Source: Torpedo marmorata (taxonomy: Eukaryota). From it: a stretch of 64,000 nt of DNA. The notes under the pieces are model-generated. The model had not been told where the DNA came from and ran no database searches. It saw nothing but the letters and a program-made list of their open reading frames with translations. The DNA is taken from assembly GCA_977017645.1 (NCBI GenBank), contig OZ360232.1, positions 54,436,001 through 54,500,000 on the forward strand. Reading direction: 5' to 3'. The position numbers and the translations under genes were made by a program. Position 1 is the stretch's first letter, and every line of letters begins with the position of its first letter. This document shows positions 37,487-48,909 of the stretch, piece after piece.

Positions 37487-37654
37487 AAACAAATGAACTA
37501 TCCTTTGCTCACAAATAAGAACAACTATTTAGCAAGGTCTCATTCTTCATACCACTGTTCTTCATACCATCCAGTAGCCACCATTGAATTTGACTACTGC
37601 ACAAACTGTTTCCTGTCTCAATTAAATCTGATCTCATTACAAATTAATGCATAC

Positions 37655-37766
37655 CTTTTTTATCCCGGTGTTCAATGTTGGCACCACGGGCTATTAATAC
37701 TGATACAAGTTCTTCATGTCCCCCAGCGCATGCCAACGTTAATGCTGTATCATGGTTACTCTCAGT
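37655..37766 (-). CDS. ANKHD1: ANKHD1 ankyrin exon, 112 nt (TESNHDTALTLACAGGHEELV...RDKK)
   Basis: Acceptor ttag|ACTGAG, donor AAAG|gtatgc; ankyrin motif. Confidence 0.93.
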
Positions 37767-37987
37767 CTAAGTGAAAAGACAGCACATTTTGAATTAGAGT
37801 TCCGATTACCTACACTATCAATGCAATACATTCATATACCCAAAGAGAGCTGCACTAACCCATATGACAAAGCATACACTTTGTAGATCAGCAAAATCTT
37901 AGTACCACAACCACTAACCATCAAGAGTATATTCAATAATTTCCTATCAATGATTTCCCAATGTTTACATGCTTATAGAAAACTTAC

Positions 37988-38136
37988 TTGGGCATCAATT
38001 TCAACCGAAGGATAAAGGGGCAACATTGAAGAAGGAGAAACAACTGGACTTGGAGTTTGAGTACGTGGCTGAGGAGTGGGGGGTGCTGTAGTGTGGGAAG
38101 AAGCATTCGGTCCAGAAGGCATTCTATTACCCACTG
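37988..38136 (-). CDS. ANKHD1: ANKHD1 exon, 149 nt (AVGNRMPSG...PLYPSVEIDAQ)
   Basis: Acceptor ttgcag|CAGTGG, donor CAA|gtaagt; in frame with neighbours. Confidence 0.88.
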
Positions 38137-41100
38137 CTGCAAGACAAAATCAATTGTCATTTTTTTCCTGAGATTAAAATACAAACTAAGAAAGAACTGT
38201 AGCATCTTGATAGCAGGCAAATTTCTGTAGAAAACAAGTTTTCTTTGAAAGGGAGAAGTTGTGTTATAATGGTGTTATTTTTAAACATTGTACAGATATA
38301 ATATTTAAATACGAAAACAACAAATATTGAAAACATTAAAAATTTTAATACACCCAACTGTGTCTCAGAAAGTTATTCAATTATTATGGGAATAACAAAT
38401 GTCAGTATGATGTACTGTCAATGTGCATAAAAATATATATTCAGATATATTTTCTCTAAAATAGAAACCACCCTACTAAACCAACCCTTTTCCATCTGAA
38501 GATCAATTGCATCCTTTCCCCTTTATGTTGACCTCACTGTTGATTATTAAATAAAAACTGGACTGAACGTGTAACTATCATTCAGCAATGAGAAATAGAT
38601 AATATCTGCCCAAAATTACAGTCTCCACAGAGAAGTTGAGACTAATTTTTCTTCAAGACAAACATGACATACTGGAGATACCAAACGTTTCCCTCACTGT
38701 ACCAGTATCTCGTGCTACAAATTCAGAGACAAAACTTGCATGAATTACCTTTTTTGCTTTGTTATGCAATAAATATGGTTAGCATGCAAGAACCACAACA
38801 GGATTCTTGTTCTCAGCCCTCAACTCAGGAACTGCCACATTCAGATTTCCAAAACTTCCAGAGACTAATGAATACCTGACCCTCTTGTCTTAGCATCTGC
38901 ATTAAATTACTCAATAATTTATGATTATAACTACATTAATTTTTTTTCTCCCTGACCCCAACTTTTAATAACAATGCTGTTCTTATTCACGTCTCCAGAC
39001 CTACTTTATTCTTTATTTAGCATATCAATATCCTTGTGACATTACAATCAACATACTTGTGTCATAACCAATTTACCTTTTACTGTCTTCGCCATAGCAG
39101 AGCCTTACTGTATTTTTCCTTTCATGTCATGTTGCTCCACTGAGAAGTTACTGACTGAAGCATTTCTAAGCAGTTTTATTTTAAACTTCTAATATTCATT
39201 TTGCATTTTCAAATGATTGCTATTTGTTTTCACACTGCAGCAGCATTGACCTAACTTCACATCAACATTTAATATTTCAACAATTAATTTTATTTGCATG
39301 AATAATTTGTTGAAATATCTGTCAAGTCAGTTATCTTTTTGAAATTCATTTTCAAAATGCCCTCAATATTGGGCTAGTTGGACAAATCAAACAGTGCATT
39401 TTTTTTTTTACTTGGACCTCAGCAAAAATTTTGTTTGTTGAAAGGAATTTTCCACCTAATTTTTTATGATCCAGCTATTTTCAAACCTGTTGGGCAGCAT
39501 TTCATGATTTAATTGAAAATATTTTAATGAAATCACGAACTTTGGACATCACATGTTTTAGTGCTAAACATTGGTTGAATTCTTTTAAAATCTTCAGAGC
39601 TTATTTTCAAATGGAAATATTTCTTATTAACCATACACGATATGAAAAAAATAATAAAGCTTCATTTTGAATTTTCAAATTTCTTTTCCCAATGCCTTAC
39701 AATGTTCTTTGAGGAAATATGGCAAAACAATCCCAAAACCTGATAAAAATTATTAAAATAAACTTGGTGCAAAACCTGTATGGTTCAGAATATGGACAAT
39801 GGCCACTGACAAGTTACTTGAGAATCTGGATCTTCACAATAAACCCCAACTTGTCTTCCACCCATATCATGATATGTACGCTTCCACAAAGAAAATAAAG
39901 ATTAAACTATTGTAAATGAATCATTTTTTTCTGAACAGAATAAGACTTTCTTTTCGACGTCACCATATTCTCCACTGACCAAGAGGCAAGCTTAGGATAT
40001 CCTTCAGCTCTGTTCTGCATTACACACCAGAGGAAAAGATGAGAGAGAAAGCACATGTGGAAACACCTCTTTTTCAAAAGATAAAGAAGTTACTGTGCAA
40101 GAGATTTGTGCAAATTATGAATTAACTAGGTAACATTAAGATTTGGATTAGAAGCAAGCCAAAAGACAATCTGGGGCAACTGGTTGACAAAGAGAAAGAA
40201 CAACATTGAAAGTCAAGATGGGCATAGATAGGCACATCAAATTGTTTCACAAATGTTTTTATGTGTTCATGCATGGGATGTGGATGTTGGTGACAATGTG
40301 AACATTTATTTTCCATGCATTATTGCCCAGGGGTAGATATGAGTGTCAGTTCAGTCTCACTAGATTAAGTGGCAGAATTCCTTCTCTGAAAGGTTCAGTA
40401 AACTAGAACTACATCAATCCAATATTTTTAATTGCATATTTTTATTCAATTATTTTAATTTAAATTCTCCCAGCTACCAGGGTGTAATCGGAAATGTCTC
40501 TGGATCAATTGTCCAGAATTCCAGCTGTTGGTCCAATAAGTGAACCACTACGATCCATCCCATTATTTTCCATTTGCCAAAGTTTGTATTAAAAAAGAGC
40601 ATTAGTTTATTTGTCACTCACCATGCACAAGAGTTGATTACAACATAACAAGATGCTGAGTTCTATTATTGCACGAGTTGAATTCAATGCAATGAGGTTA
40701 TTAAGAAGCTTTGAAATTTCTCTATTACACTTGGAATACTGCAAGCACTTTGGTCATTGAACCATTTAAATTTAGAGATGCTGTTAAACTCAATAGGGCC
40801 GATTTCAGAGGAAGAAGAAACTACAGTGCAACTTGTTCAGTAGGATTAGCGTTTCAAAAATTCTTCTTTGGGAGGTGTAGGCAAGATAGCTAACTCCAAA
40901 AGCGGAATAAAAAGTGTTTTGCAGACTCAGGTGGTGTGACAAAAGAGGACAGAGTGATCACCTGTTGGCTGAATGATATGGATAACTGGTTAAACCAGTA
41001 AATGGGATTGATAACCAAAATAAAGGAGTGGATTTCTGGATTATATAAAATTGCAGAAGATTTCAAAAATACATTGTTCCACAGGAATCAAAAGCTTTAA

Positions 41101-41904
41101 CCTTGAATGCATCCTTTAATTTTTAGTTGGGGTCTCTGTAGGAAAACCAAGAATAGCTTTGAGCAAACATACAGAAAACAATGTGCTAAAATCATTAAAT
41201 TGGAATATTGGCAGTTGTAAGGAAATTGCAAATTATAATAGAATTGCAAAATAAAGACGTACAACCTCCAAGATTCCAACTCGAGCAACATTAGATTAAA
41301 TTAAATAAACAAGATAACTTTGAAACAGCAAGTTCACACACAAGTAGAATACAAATGACTAGATAATTTGTTTTAATGGTGCTGGTGAACAAGTATTGGT
41401 CAGTAGAAAAAAATGAGTAGCTGCAGTTTATATTATTCAAACTAAGCAGCAGGAGTTAAGCACTTCTAGTTTAAAAATAGATTTCTAGCTTTGAATTTTT
41501 GTGCCCTAAGTGGTGTGCTCATTATATTATTTTTTGTCTGCTGCAGGATAGACTTGCTTCTGAGACGGATGATGCCAAAAACAGGATATGCCTAATGGAA
41601 AGAGAGCAGTAGTTGGGAAACATCTGTACAAACAAACAAATAAATAATTGTGCAGTTTTAATGTTGAATTTCTAAGTCTCACAAATATAGTTAATTTATA
41701 ACTTTGCTTTCAATTCAGACCAGCAAAACTTTGAATGGCTCTCACAGGGAATGAAAATTTTGAATTTTCCACTTCAAGTGATGATTCTTCACACTGACCT
41801 GCCAAGAACAGATTGGGCTAGGATATTGGCTGAATGGTAAGATTTTCCGAGTACAAGTCAGGATTGCATTTAACCAGATTTGGGCAAGTTCATCTGACAT
41901 ACAG

Positions 41905-42422
41905 TATCTCCTCAACAACAAACAATCAGGAACTCATTTAAGGACTCTTACTTGTGCACTTTATTGATTATATTTTATTCTCTCTGTATTGCACAGTTTG
42001 TTGACATTCGTTATCTGTTTACAGTTCATTTGTTTACATGTATACGCTGTATACAGGTTTTTTTGCACTACCAATAAGTGGTAATTCTGCCTCGCCCGCA
42101 GAAAAAAAAAATCTCAGGGTTGTATGTGATGTTATTTTATTTTATTTTTTAAAATTTAGACATACAGCACGGTAACAGGCCATTTCGACCCTCGAGTCTG
42201 TGCCGCCCAATTTACACCCAATTAACCTACACCCCCAGTACGTTTCGAACAGTGGGAGGAAACCGGAGCCCCCAGGGAAAACCCACGCAGACACGGGGAG
42301 AACATAAACTCATGACAGATTCAAACCCCAGTCCCAATGGCTGGCGCTGTAAAGGCGTTGCGCTAACCGCTACGCCAACCATGCCGCCCATGTATGTACT
42401 CTGACAATAAATCTGAAAATCT
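41905..42422 (+). mobile_element. LINE 3'UTR remnant (Rex1-like tail) interrupted by a SINE
   Basis: ...aatctcagggttgtatgtgatgt|SINE|catgtatgtactctgacaataaatctgaaaatct; 5' boundary approximate. Confidence 0.65.
42133..42389 (-). mobile_element. tRNA-derived V-SINE (HE1-like)
   Basis: Head GGGCGGCATGGTTGGCGTAGCGG (A box) and GGTTTGAATC (B box); central GGTTTCCTCCCAC V-domain; A-rich tail. Confidence 0.85.
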
Positions 42423-42439
42423 AATGTTACATTTAAGTG

Positions 42440-42617
42440 GCCCTACACTCCCCAACCCCCCCCCCCTCGCTGGGGGGGGCCACAGTACATTTAAGTAAAA
42501 ACCTTGTTTATGTTTTTATGTAGTCCGTCGGAGAGAAGTACAGAAGAAGTCAAAACTTCACTGCTTCACAGGGGGTTGTAGGGAGGCTATAGCCGAAATA
42601 AATGTTGAGAATGGCTG
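42440..42617. mobile_element. hAT-like MITE, left end lost
   Basis: Internal sequence and right TIR gttgagaatggctg shared with 5146-5326. Confidence 0.65.
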
Positions 42618-43258
42618 TGTTTGTTCATGCTGCATAGCCTGTTTTTGAGTGATACTTACACATGCATTTTAAGCTGAAATATAATGATGCATGCCAGAAT
42701 GGCCATTTAGTTTCCAGTCAAAGTTCAAAGTAATAAATTTCATAAAAAGAAGTTCATTCTTTATGACACATGACTAATAAATTATTCTAAATTAAAAGGA
42801 CAAGACATTTGACAACTATTAATTCAACGCCATGTAAGATTCATTGCATTACATGCAAGCTTACTCCTTTGACACACACACACACTGACGTTGATGTAGT
42901 TAAGGCCCGACTTCAACCTTTATAAACTGATTTTAAACAAGTTCAACTACAGGAATGAAAAACTCCTGTAACTTTTACTTTTTTTTTTAGGAAATTCGCT
43001 TGTGCACATCCAATCCAGATCCCAATGGGCATGAACACACAGCACAAAATTATCCATGTTTGGCAAATTCACTGAGAAACTGAAGGGCCATTTGCCTGGG
43101 AAATCCAAATACAACATACACAGAGCATGCTCTTCCACGGTTAAGGCTGAAGAATGGACCAACATGAAAAGCCTGATGCCAATTTCATTGTACCCTGATC
43201 CCGGAGTGCTTTGCTCTTAATTAGCAATTCCTGAAATGGGATGCATCAATTCTCAGTA

Positions 43259-44562
43259 CAGTAAAACCCATGGTATCCGGAATTCAAGCAACTGGCAGCC
43301 TCAAGTATCCAGCAAAAAAAGAGGAAAATAAACTTTAAAAAATTAAAACAAATAAGAATAAAATAACAGGAAAAAAATACGCAAGTTTAAAATTGTAAAA
43401 GCAAATGTTCTCTGAAGTATCACATAAAGCTTTGGTAAGATGGGAGCAAATATTCAGCATGCAGAGTGCCTCAGTCGTTCTTTGCTCATAGCAACTGTTT
43501 GAATAAAGTTGTGTGAAACAGCAATGGCGTCGGCCAGGATGAATAGCTGGTTGATGCCGCTCACTGTTGGGGTGACTCTCTTAAAGTGTCTCCTAATCAC
43601 TGCTTAGTTAGAATCGGCCCGGTCAGAGGCTTTATGTGTAAACTTGGGAGGGGGTTCATTATACTGGACAACGAAGAATTTGCTTCCTGTACACCTTTGG
43701 CTGTATTTTATGGATTTGGGGCTGCTGATCATGAAAATCACCTTAAGACTTTCCTTTCGCATACCTTTTTAGATGCAACCTATTTTTGTGATTTCCTGTC
43801 ATATTTTGTCTATTTCAAGCATTCAAAACATGTCATTGAAAATTCATTTTCTGCATTCGCACTTGGACTTCTTCCCTGCTAATCTTGGCTCAGCCAGGGA
43901 CAAACATGGTGAAAGGTTTCAACAGGACATTGCAACCATGGAAAAGCAGTTTCAGGTCAAATGGAATCCATCAATGCTGGCCGACTATTGTTGGACACTG
44001 ACACAAGAGGCATCAGATGCTAAGTACAAATGAAAATCAGCGGCAAAACATTTTTAGGTCAGTTGAACTAACGCAATGTGTCAGCATCATTATGCGATTA
44101 AACATGCTCAATTCAATAAAAGTTCATTTAAAGCATCTCCTACTTCCTACGTGATACAGCAAATCTGAAATTATCTTTGTGTTCATCTTGAAGTTGTCTA
44201 TCATAATCCCCAATTTCTTTCAGGAAGCAAACCTTTTGAAAAAATTTGTTGTCCAGTGTTACCTAAAATGTTATTGTTCGTCTTTCAGGCAGCTCCGTGG
44301 AGGGGGAGGAACCTGCAGATGCAGTGACAGTTAAATTTTTCAAAGATTGTGACTGAAAATAAAGAAAAATGCTTCAAGGTTTATATATTCATGCAAGTGA
44401 AGCTTGTTCAGTGTAAGTACAGTATTTTTGTCTTTTACACTGTTTATTCTTAATGCAGGTGTATTAGTTAGGCATTGTAAGAGTAAGTCTCAAGCAACCG
44501 GAAAATACACTTATCCGGCATCTACCAATCCCCATAGGTGTCAGATACCAGGGGTTTTACTG
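43259..44562. mobile_element. Tigger/pogo-like MITE containing a nested Chapaev3 element
   Basis: About 22-bp TIR CAGTAAAACCC(A/C)TGGTATC(C/T)G, TA on both sides. Confidence 0.8.
43662..44258 (+). mobile_element. Chapaev3-like non-autonomous DNA transposon, copy 3
   Basis: tACTGGACAAC...GTTGTCCAGTG, TTA TSD; ORF MSLKIHFLHSHLDFFPANLG...HGERFQQ...MLADYCW. Confidence 0.85.
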
Positions 44563-46899
44563 TACTAATATTTCAACTTGATTAGAGTAATTAAAAAAAC
44601 ATCTTTAGAGAGTATTCTTTGTTCCTGGTTTCAGCCCCAGTTTGCATGTACAGCGCAGCATGGGATAGACCAGTAAAGAAGTGTTTCAAAGTAAGAGTTA
44701 TCCCTTACAGTGGCAAAAAGTTAGTTTTTAAATGCAACTGTCACCCAACCCAAGCTGTGCCACAGCTTAATTACCATGCTGTTATATTACGAGGTCAAAG
44801 GAACTTTCATTTTCTTTTTACGAACCTGCATTTTTAAATTCATAACCCATTTTGTCATGCATCTTCAAACTAAACTAAATAGTCATAAATTTATCACATA
44901 CTGATACACAAAATAACTACAAATTAGACTGAACTGAACAAAAAACGTTAGCACCCAATTGCATTGCTGTTTTAATAATTCTGATCATGGGCTATACTTT
45001 CAACAAATTTCTTACACCGAGGGTGTTATTACATTACCACTAGGTGCCACTATACCAATTTGCAATTGCAACAATTTCTAAAACACATTACAAATATCCA
45101 ACAATAGCCAACCAGAAGTGCACTGAAAATGTCCAGTAAAATCAAACTCCAGATACAAGCTCCAAATGTAATAAACCTAAAATCAATAAAAATACATTTT
45201 TGAGTTGACAAAGTATTCACAATTTTCCAAAATTACTTGTAACAATATTTAGAACTTAGAATCCAAATATACACCACCTTCTCAACACCACTGTGGCATT
45301 AAATACTATTTGACACGAGCCAACCACATTTTTCTTTTATGAAATTAGGGAGAGTATCAACTTAGCAACTTATTTCCAAGCCTCTAATTATTTATAACTA
45401 CCAATTTTCTTGCTAAGCAGGATCTGGAACAGCAATCAGCATTACATTTTTAATTGTTATTTCATTTTAGTCTCATGCTGCTGGAAATTATAAATATTAG
45501 GATAATTGTTTTTGCAATCACTAACATTAAGACAACTGATTAGCCTCCAACATAGTCTACAGTAAAAAAATAATAATGTACAAGTATTCGCTGCGGTAGG
45601 CACAAAAAATCAACTCAATTATGTTCATTCCAACATATTCCAACATAAATCACGCCAGCATTTCAATAAAGATCAAATTCATAAATATTTAAATAACAAA
45701 TGTTTTAAATTCTGGCCATTTCAGAGAAGCAAACAGTTCCCCGTTTGTGATATTTGTGCAATAAGTGGGGAGTTTGTAAGGATTCATATTCTGCAAAATA
45801 AAGCATTTTGATTGGATAAAATACATAGTTAAAAAGCTTTTTGAAGCACATCAACTGCAATGTGAATGGGATGTTATGTTCCATTTTAAAATATTCTCCC
45901 AATATTGAAATATAATTTGATTTCAATTTACAGTAGTACTTTCATAAGGGATGTGTTACAATAATGCAAAATTTCCATATAGTAACTAAATTTATGTTTA
46001 TGTTACGTTCACTGTTTATGGTTCAATGAGGGGAAAACACAACCTTCACATTAAAAACACAGACATTTCAGTGGTTAACTGGAGCAGTTAAATTGCTGCT
46101 GGTTTAAGCCAAAATGGCCTCCTGGAAGTAGTTTCTTAACTAATGTGGAACTTAAAAGTTTGAATTGAACTGCAGCTGTGTGTAAAAGTGGCATTGGCTT
46201 TTAACAAAATATGAAATAAAACTGTCCGCCAATTTCAGCAATATTCTTTATTTCAGCTTCTTGTGGCTTAAATTATGGTGTGACAAAGAATATAATATCA
46301 ATATAAATATAAGATCATATTAAATCACAAAGGCTCAAGGGAAAGAAGTCAAAATTGAGATCATGCCCGTGCATTGAGGTAGCTGAAGGGCAAATCAGAT
46401 GCCATTGTTTAGTTAAAAATAAACTCCAAGTATATTTTCAAGTTAAAATGTGCGATAAGTTTAACTTTGAATTTCAAGCCCATGTTATTTTTTCTTAAAA
46501 TCGAGAGTGGCAATGAGAGATCTGAAATAAAAGGGAAAAGCTGGAAATGCAAAGCAAGCAAGTATCTGCTAGACAAAGAAAGGTCACATGGTGAAGTATG
46601 ACCCGTGCTTGGATCTGCTCAGTTGTGATTTTATGGTCAAAATATGGCCCTCATTTATCTTTCAGATACTATTTGAGCTCTACACATCCAACTTTCAAGG
46701 GTCAAGAGCTATTAGAAAGGAATGTGGGGTTTTTTTTTTTTAAGATGGCTTAAAACAGCATTGTACCTTGCAGTAGTCTGAATCAAACATTGCATCTAAA
46801 TTTGTGTTCTCAATAAATCTAACAAATATCCATTTGCACCTAAAAGCTAGTAGATGTGAGCAAAGGCAAAGTATAAAAGAGGACCAATTCTCAACCCAC

Positions 46900-47637
46900 C
46901 TGCCATGATGTCATCAAGAGTGTCAGTTAGCGTCTGTGCTGGAGTTGCAACCATTAATCCATCAGGTGCTTGAGCTAAGAGTCCCTGTCCAAGTCCAGCA
47001 AGTTGTGCCTGTCCTAACAAAGGCTGGTTCACAATTACTCGCTGTAGATCTGGTACGTTAGTGATAGGATAAACAGAACTAAAGTTTGGAGATACTTGTG
47101 TTGCTAAAGTTTGAATAGGAACAAACCCCATTTGGGTTGCAGGTGGCTGCTGCTGGCCATCTCTGTGCAAGATGGTGTCCACCTGAGGCAACTTTGAAAA
47201 GTCTTCCTCTGGCAGACATTCACCAGTCCCCACCTGAGAGAACAGTCCTCCATGTGGGCATTGCTGCTGTTGTTGCTGGAGCTGAAGCGTCTGCTGTTGA
47301 CCCTTGGCTTCCAAGTACTCTTTGGTAAACTGCTGCTGAGTTTTCAGCTGCAATTCCCTTTCAACCTTTTGCAGCTCTTTCAAAATCTTTTTCTTCTTCT
47401 GTACTTGCTCTTCTCTGCTTTTTTTTAATTCTTCTATCTTGTCTTTGGTTAAAGTGTCTCCCTGAATCAATTCTAGTGACTTCAACTGTGCCTTCTCAAT
47501 AGCGTTTATTCTTTGTCCCAGCTCTGTCAGCTTGCCTTCCGTCTCTTCCACAATGCATTCTAAAGGCTGGTACTGGTGGAAGGGCTGGACATCCTGTTCC
47601 GCTACCTGCAGGGGACTGGACGTCTGCTTGGATGTAC
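46900..47637 (-). CDS. ANKHD1: ANKHD1 exon, 738 nt, coiled-coil/Q-rich linker between the ankyrin clusters (GTSKQ...DDIMA)
   Basis: Inside ORF 46847-47671; acceptor tag|GTACATCC, donor GCAG|gtgggt; phase 1-1. Confidence 0.92.
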
Positions 47638-48619
47638 CTAAGCACACGAAAAATGTTTGAAAAAATGCCATGCAAAAATTACTTACCCATGTGAAACCAG
47701 TGTAAACTTTTCACCACATTGTGGCTTTTATTCAGTCTAGCACTGAACATAAACTTTTCTATATTTTCTTTGTTCAATCAAATGAAGAATTTGCATTCCA
47801 GATATCAGTTTTGCAAGTTTTCGGAAATTATTTGCCTTTTTTTGTCAGAGAAGTAGTGGGAAAGAAAAAATAGTTTTCACCATAGAATTTCAAGAAAACC
47901 CTAATTTTGGATATAGGGTTAAAGTACAATTATAGTAAAAATGCTGAGGAACATTAAGACATTAAGACACTGTTGTTGATATTGACAACTGGATTGACAA
48001 TTCCCTCCCCAATCTGAATTCTATATACCTCTTTCCCCAATTACTGTAAATATTATCTAAATTGATCTTCAAATAATTGTCTCATAGAACAACTGTAAAA
48101 AGCTCCCATCCAAGTAATTAACTTTTCTGAATCACATTTAAGATGGTTACCATTGGGCCTTTGTCAAACATTAGTCTGGATTAAATTTTATATGGTGCAC
48201 CTAAAGAAATTGGCTTAAGAAACTACCGGTAACTTAAATTTTTCAATTCCAAAACTTTAGATTTTCCAATCTGTATTTAATTTTGAATTGCAGAAAGTTG
48301 ATGATCAAATTAATCATGATCAAAAGATTGTGATTTTTCTTAGAGATTCTTATGTCTTTTAGAGATGTTTCTGAATCAAATTTTAGTCATTTTAAATACT
48401 GCAATTTCTGTCTGCTATCTGCTAGTGCCACATGGAAAAAGATTCCAATGAACTTGTAACATGCAAATACAAGTTTTTATGTTTTTTTTGTAAGATTGCA
48501 GCTTAATTTCCCTTGATAGTTCTATTGTTTCATGCAGCATTGCTGAAACAGAACTAAACAAGAAGTTCCAGGCTTAATTTCTGGTCTTTATGATCTCTGC
48601 ATATGCAGTGAGGTTAGGG

Positions 48620-48909
48620 GGACGGAGTCTCCTTTCGGCCTACGAGCCTGTGCCACCCAAATATACCAATTAACCTACAAACCCCATACATTTTTGGAGG
48701 GTGGGAGGAAACCGGAGCACCCGGAGGACACTCATGCAGTCACGGGGAGAACGTACAAATTCCTGACAGACACCGCCAGATTGTAGGGACATGTTTCGCA
48801 CAACTTTGTGGGCCAAAGGGCCTGTATTGTGCTGTAGGTTTTCTATGTTTCTATCTGAACCCGGGCCGCTGGCACTGTAATAGCGTCGCACTAACCACTA
48901 CACTAACCT
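48620..48909 (-). mobile_element. tRNA-derived V-SINE (HE1-like) with an internal CR1-tail insertion
   Basis: Homologous to 42133-42389; interrupted at about 48783-48853. Confidence 0.8.
48783..48853 (+). mobile_element. CR1-type 3' tail, about 70 bp
   Basis: gggccaaagggcctgtattgtgctgtaggttttctatgtttcta is the CR1 3' stem-loop plus tail. Confidence 0.7.

Larger units (their letters stand above)
6473..47637 (-). other. ANKHD1: ANKHD1 (MASK1) gene, partial span with 18 coding exons; gene extends beyond both window ends
   Basis: Spliced translation is one open frame matching ANKHD1 as I recall it (GTSKQ...YQPLECIVEETEGKL, ankyrin repeats TESNHDTALTLACAGGH..., KH domain SRIMGRGGCNITAIQDVTGAHIDV, PFPVRPVSPG, RQHFSPHPW). 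Exon phases all agree. The coiled-coil exon and the ELLKKCHQC/GGHFDVVQLLVQAG wording favour ANKHD1 over paralog ANKRD17. Confidence 0.93.

Noticed and set aside
42320-42389. tRNA gene
   Set aside because: It is the tRNA-derived head of a SINE with V-domain and tail, without a complete cloverleaf
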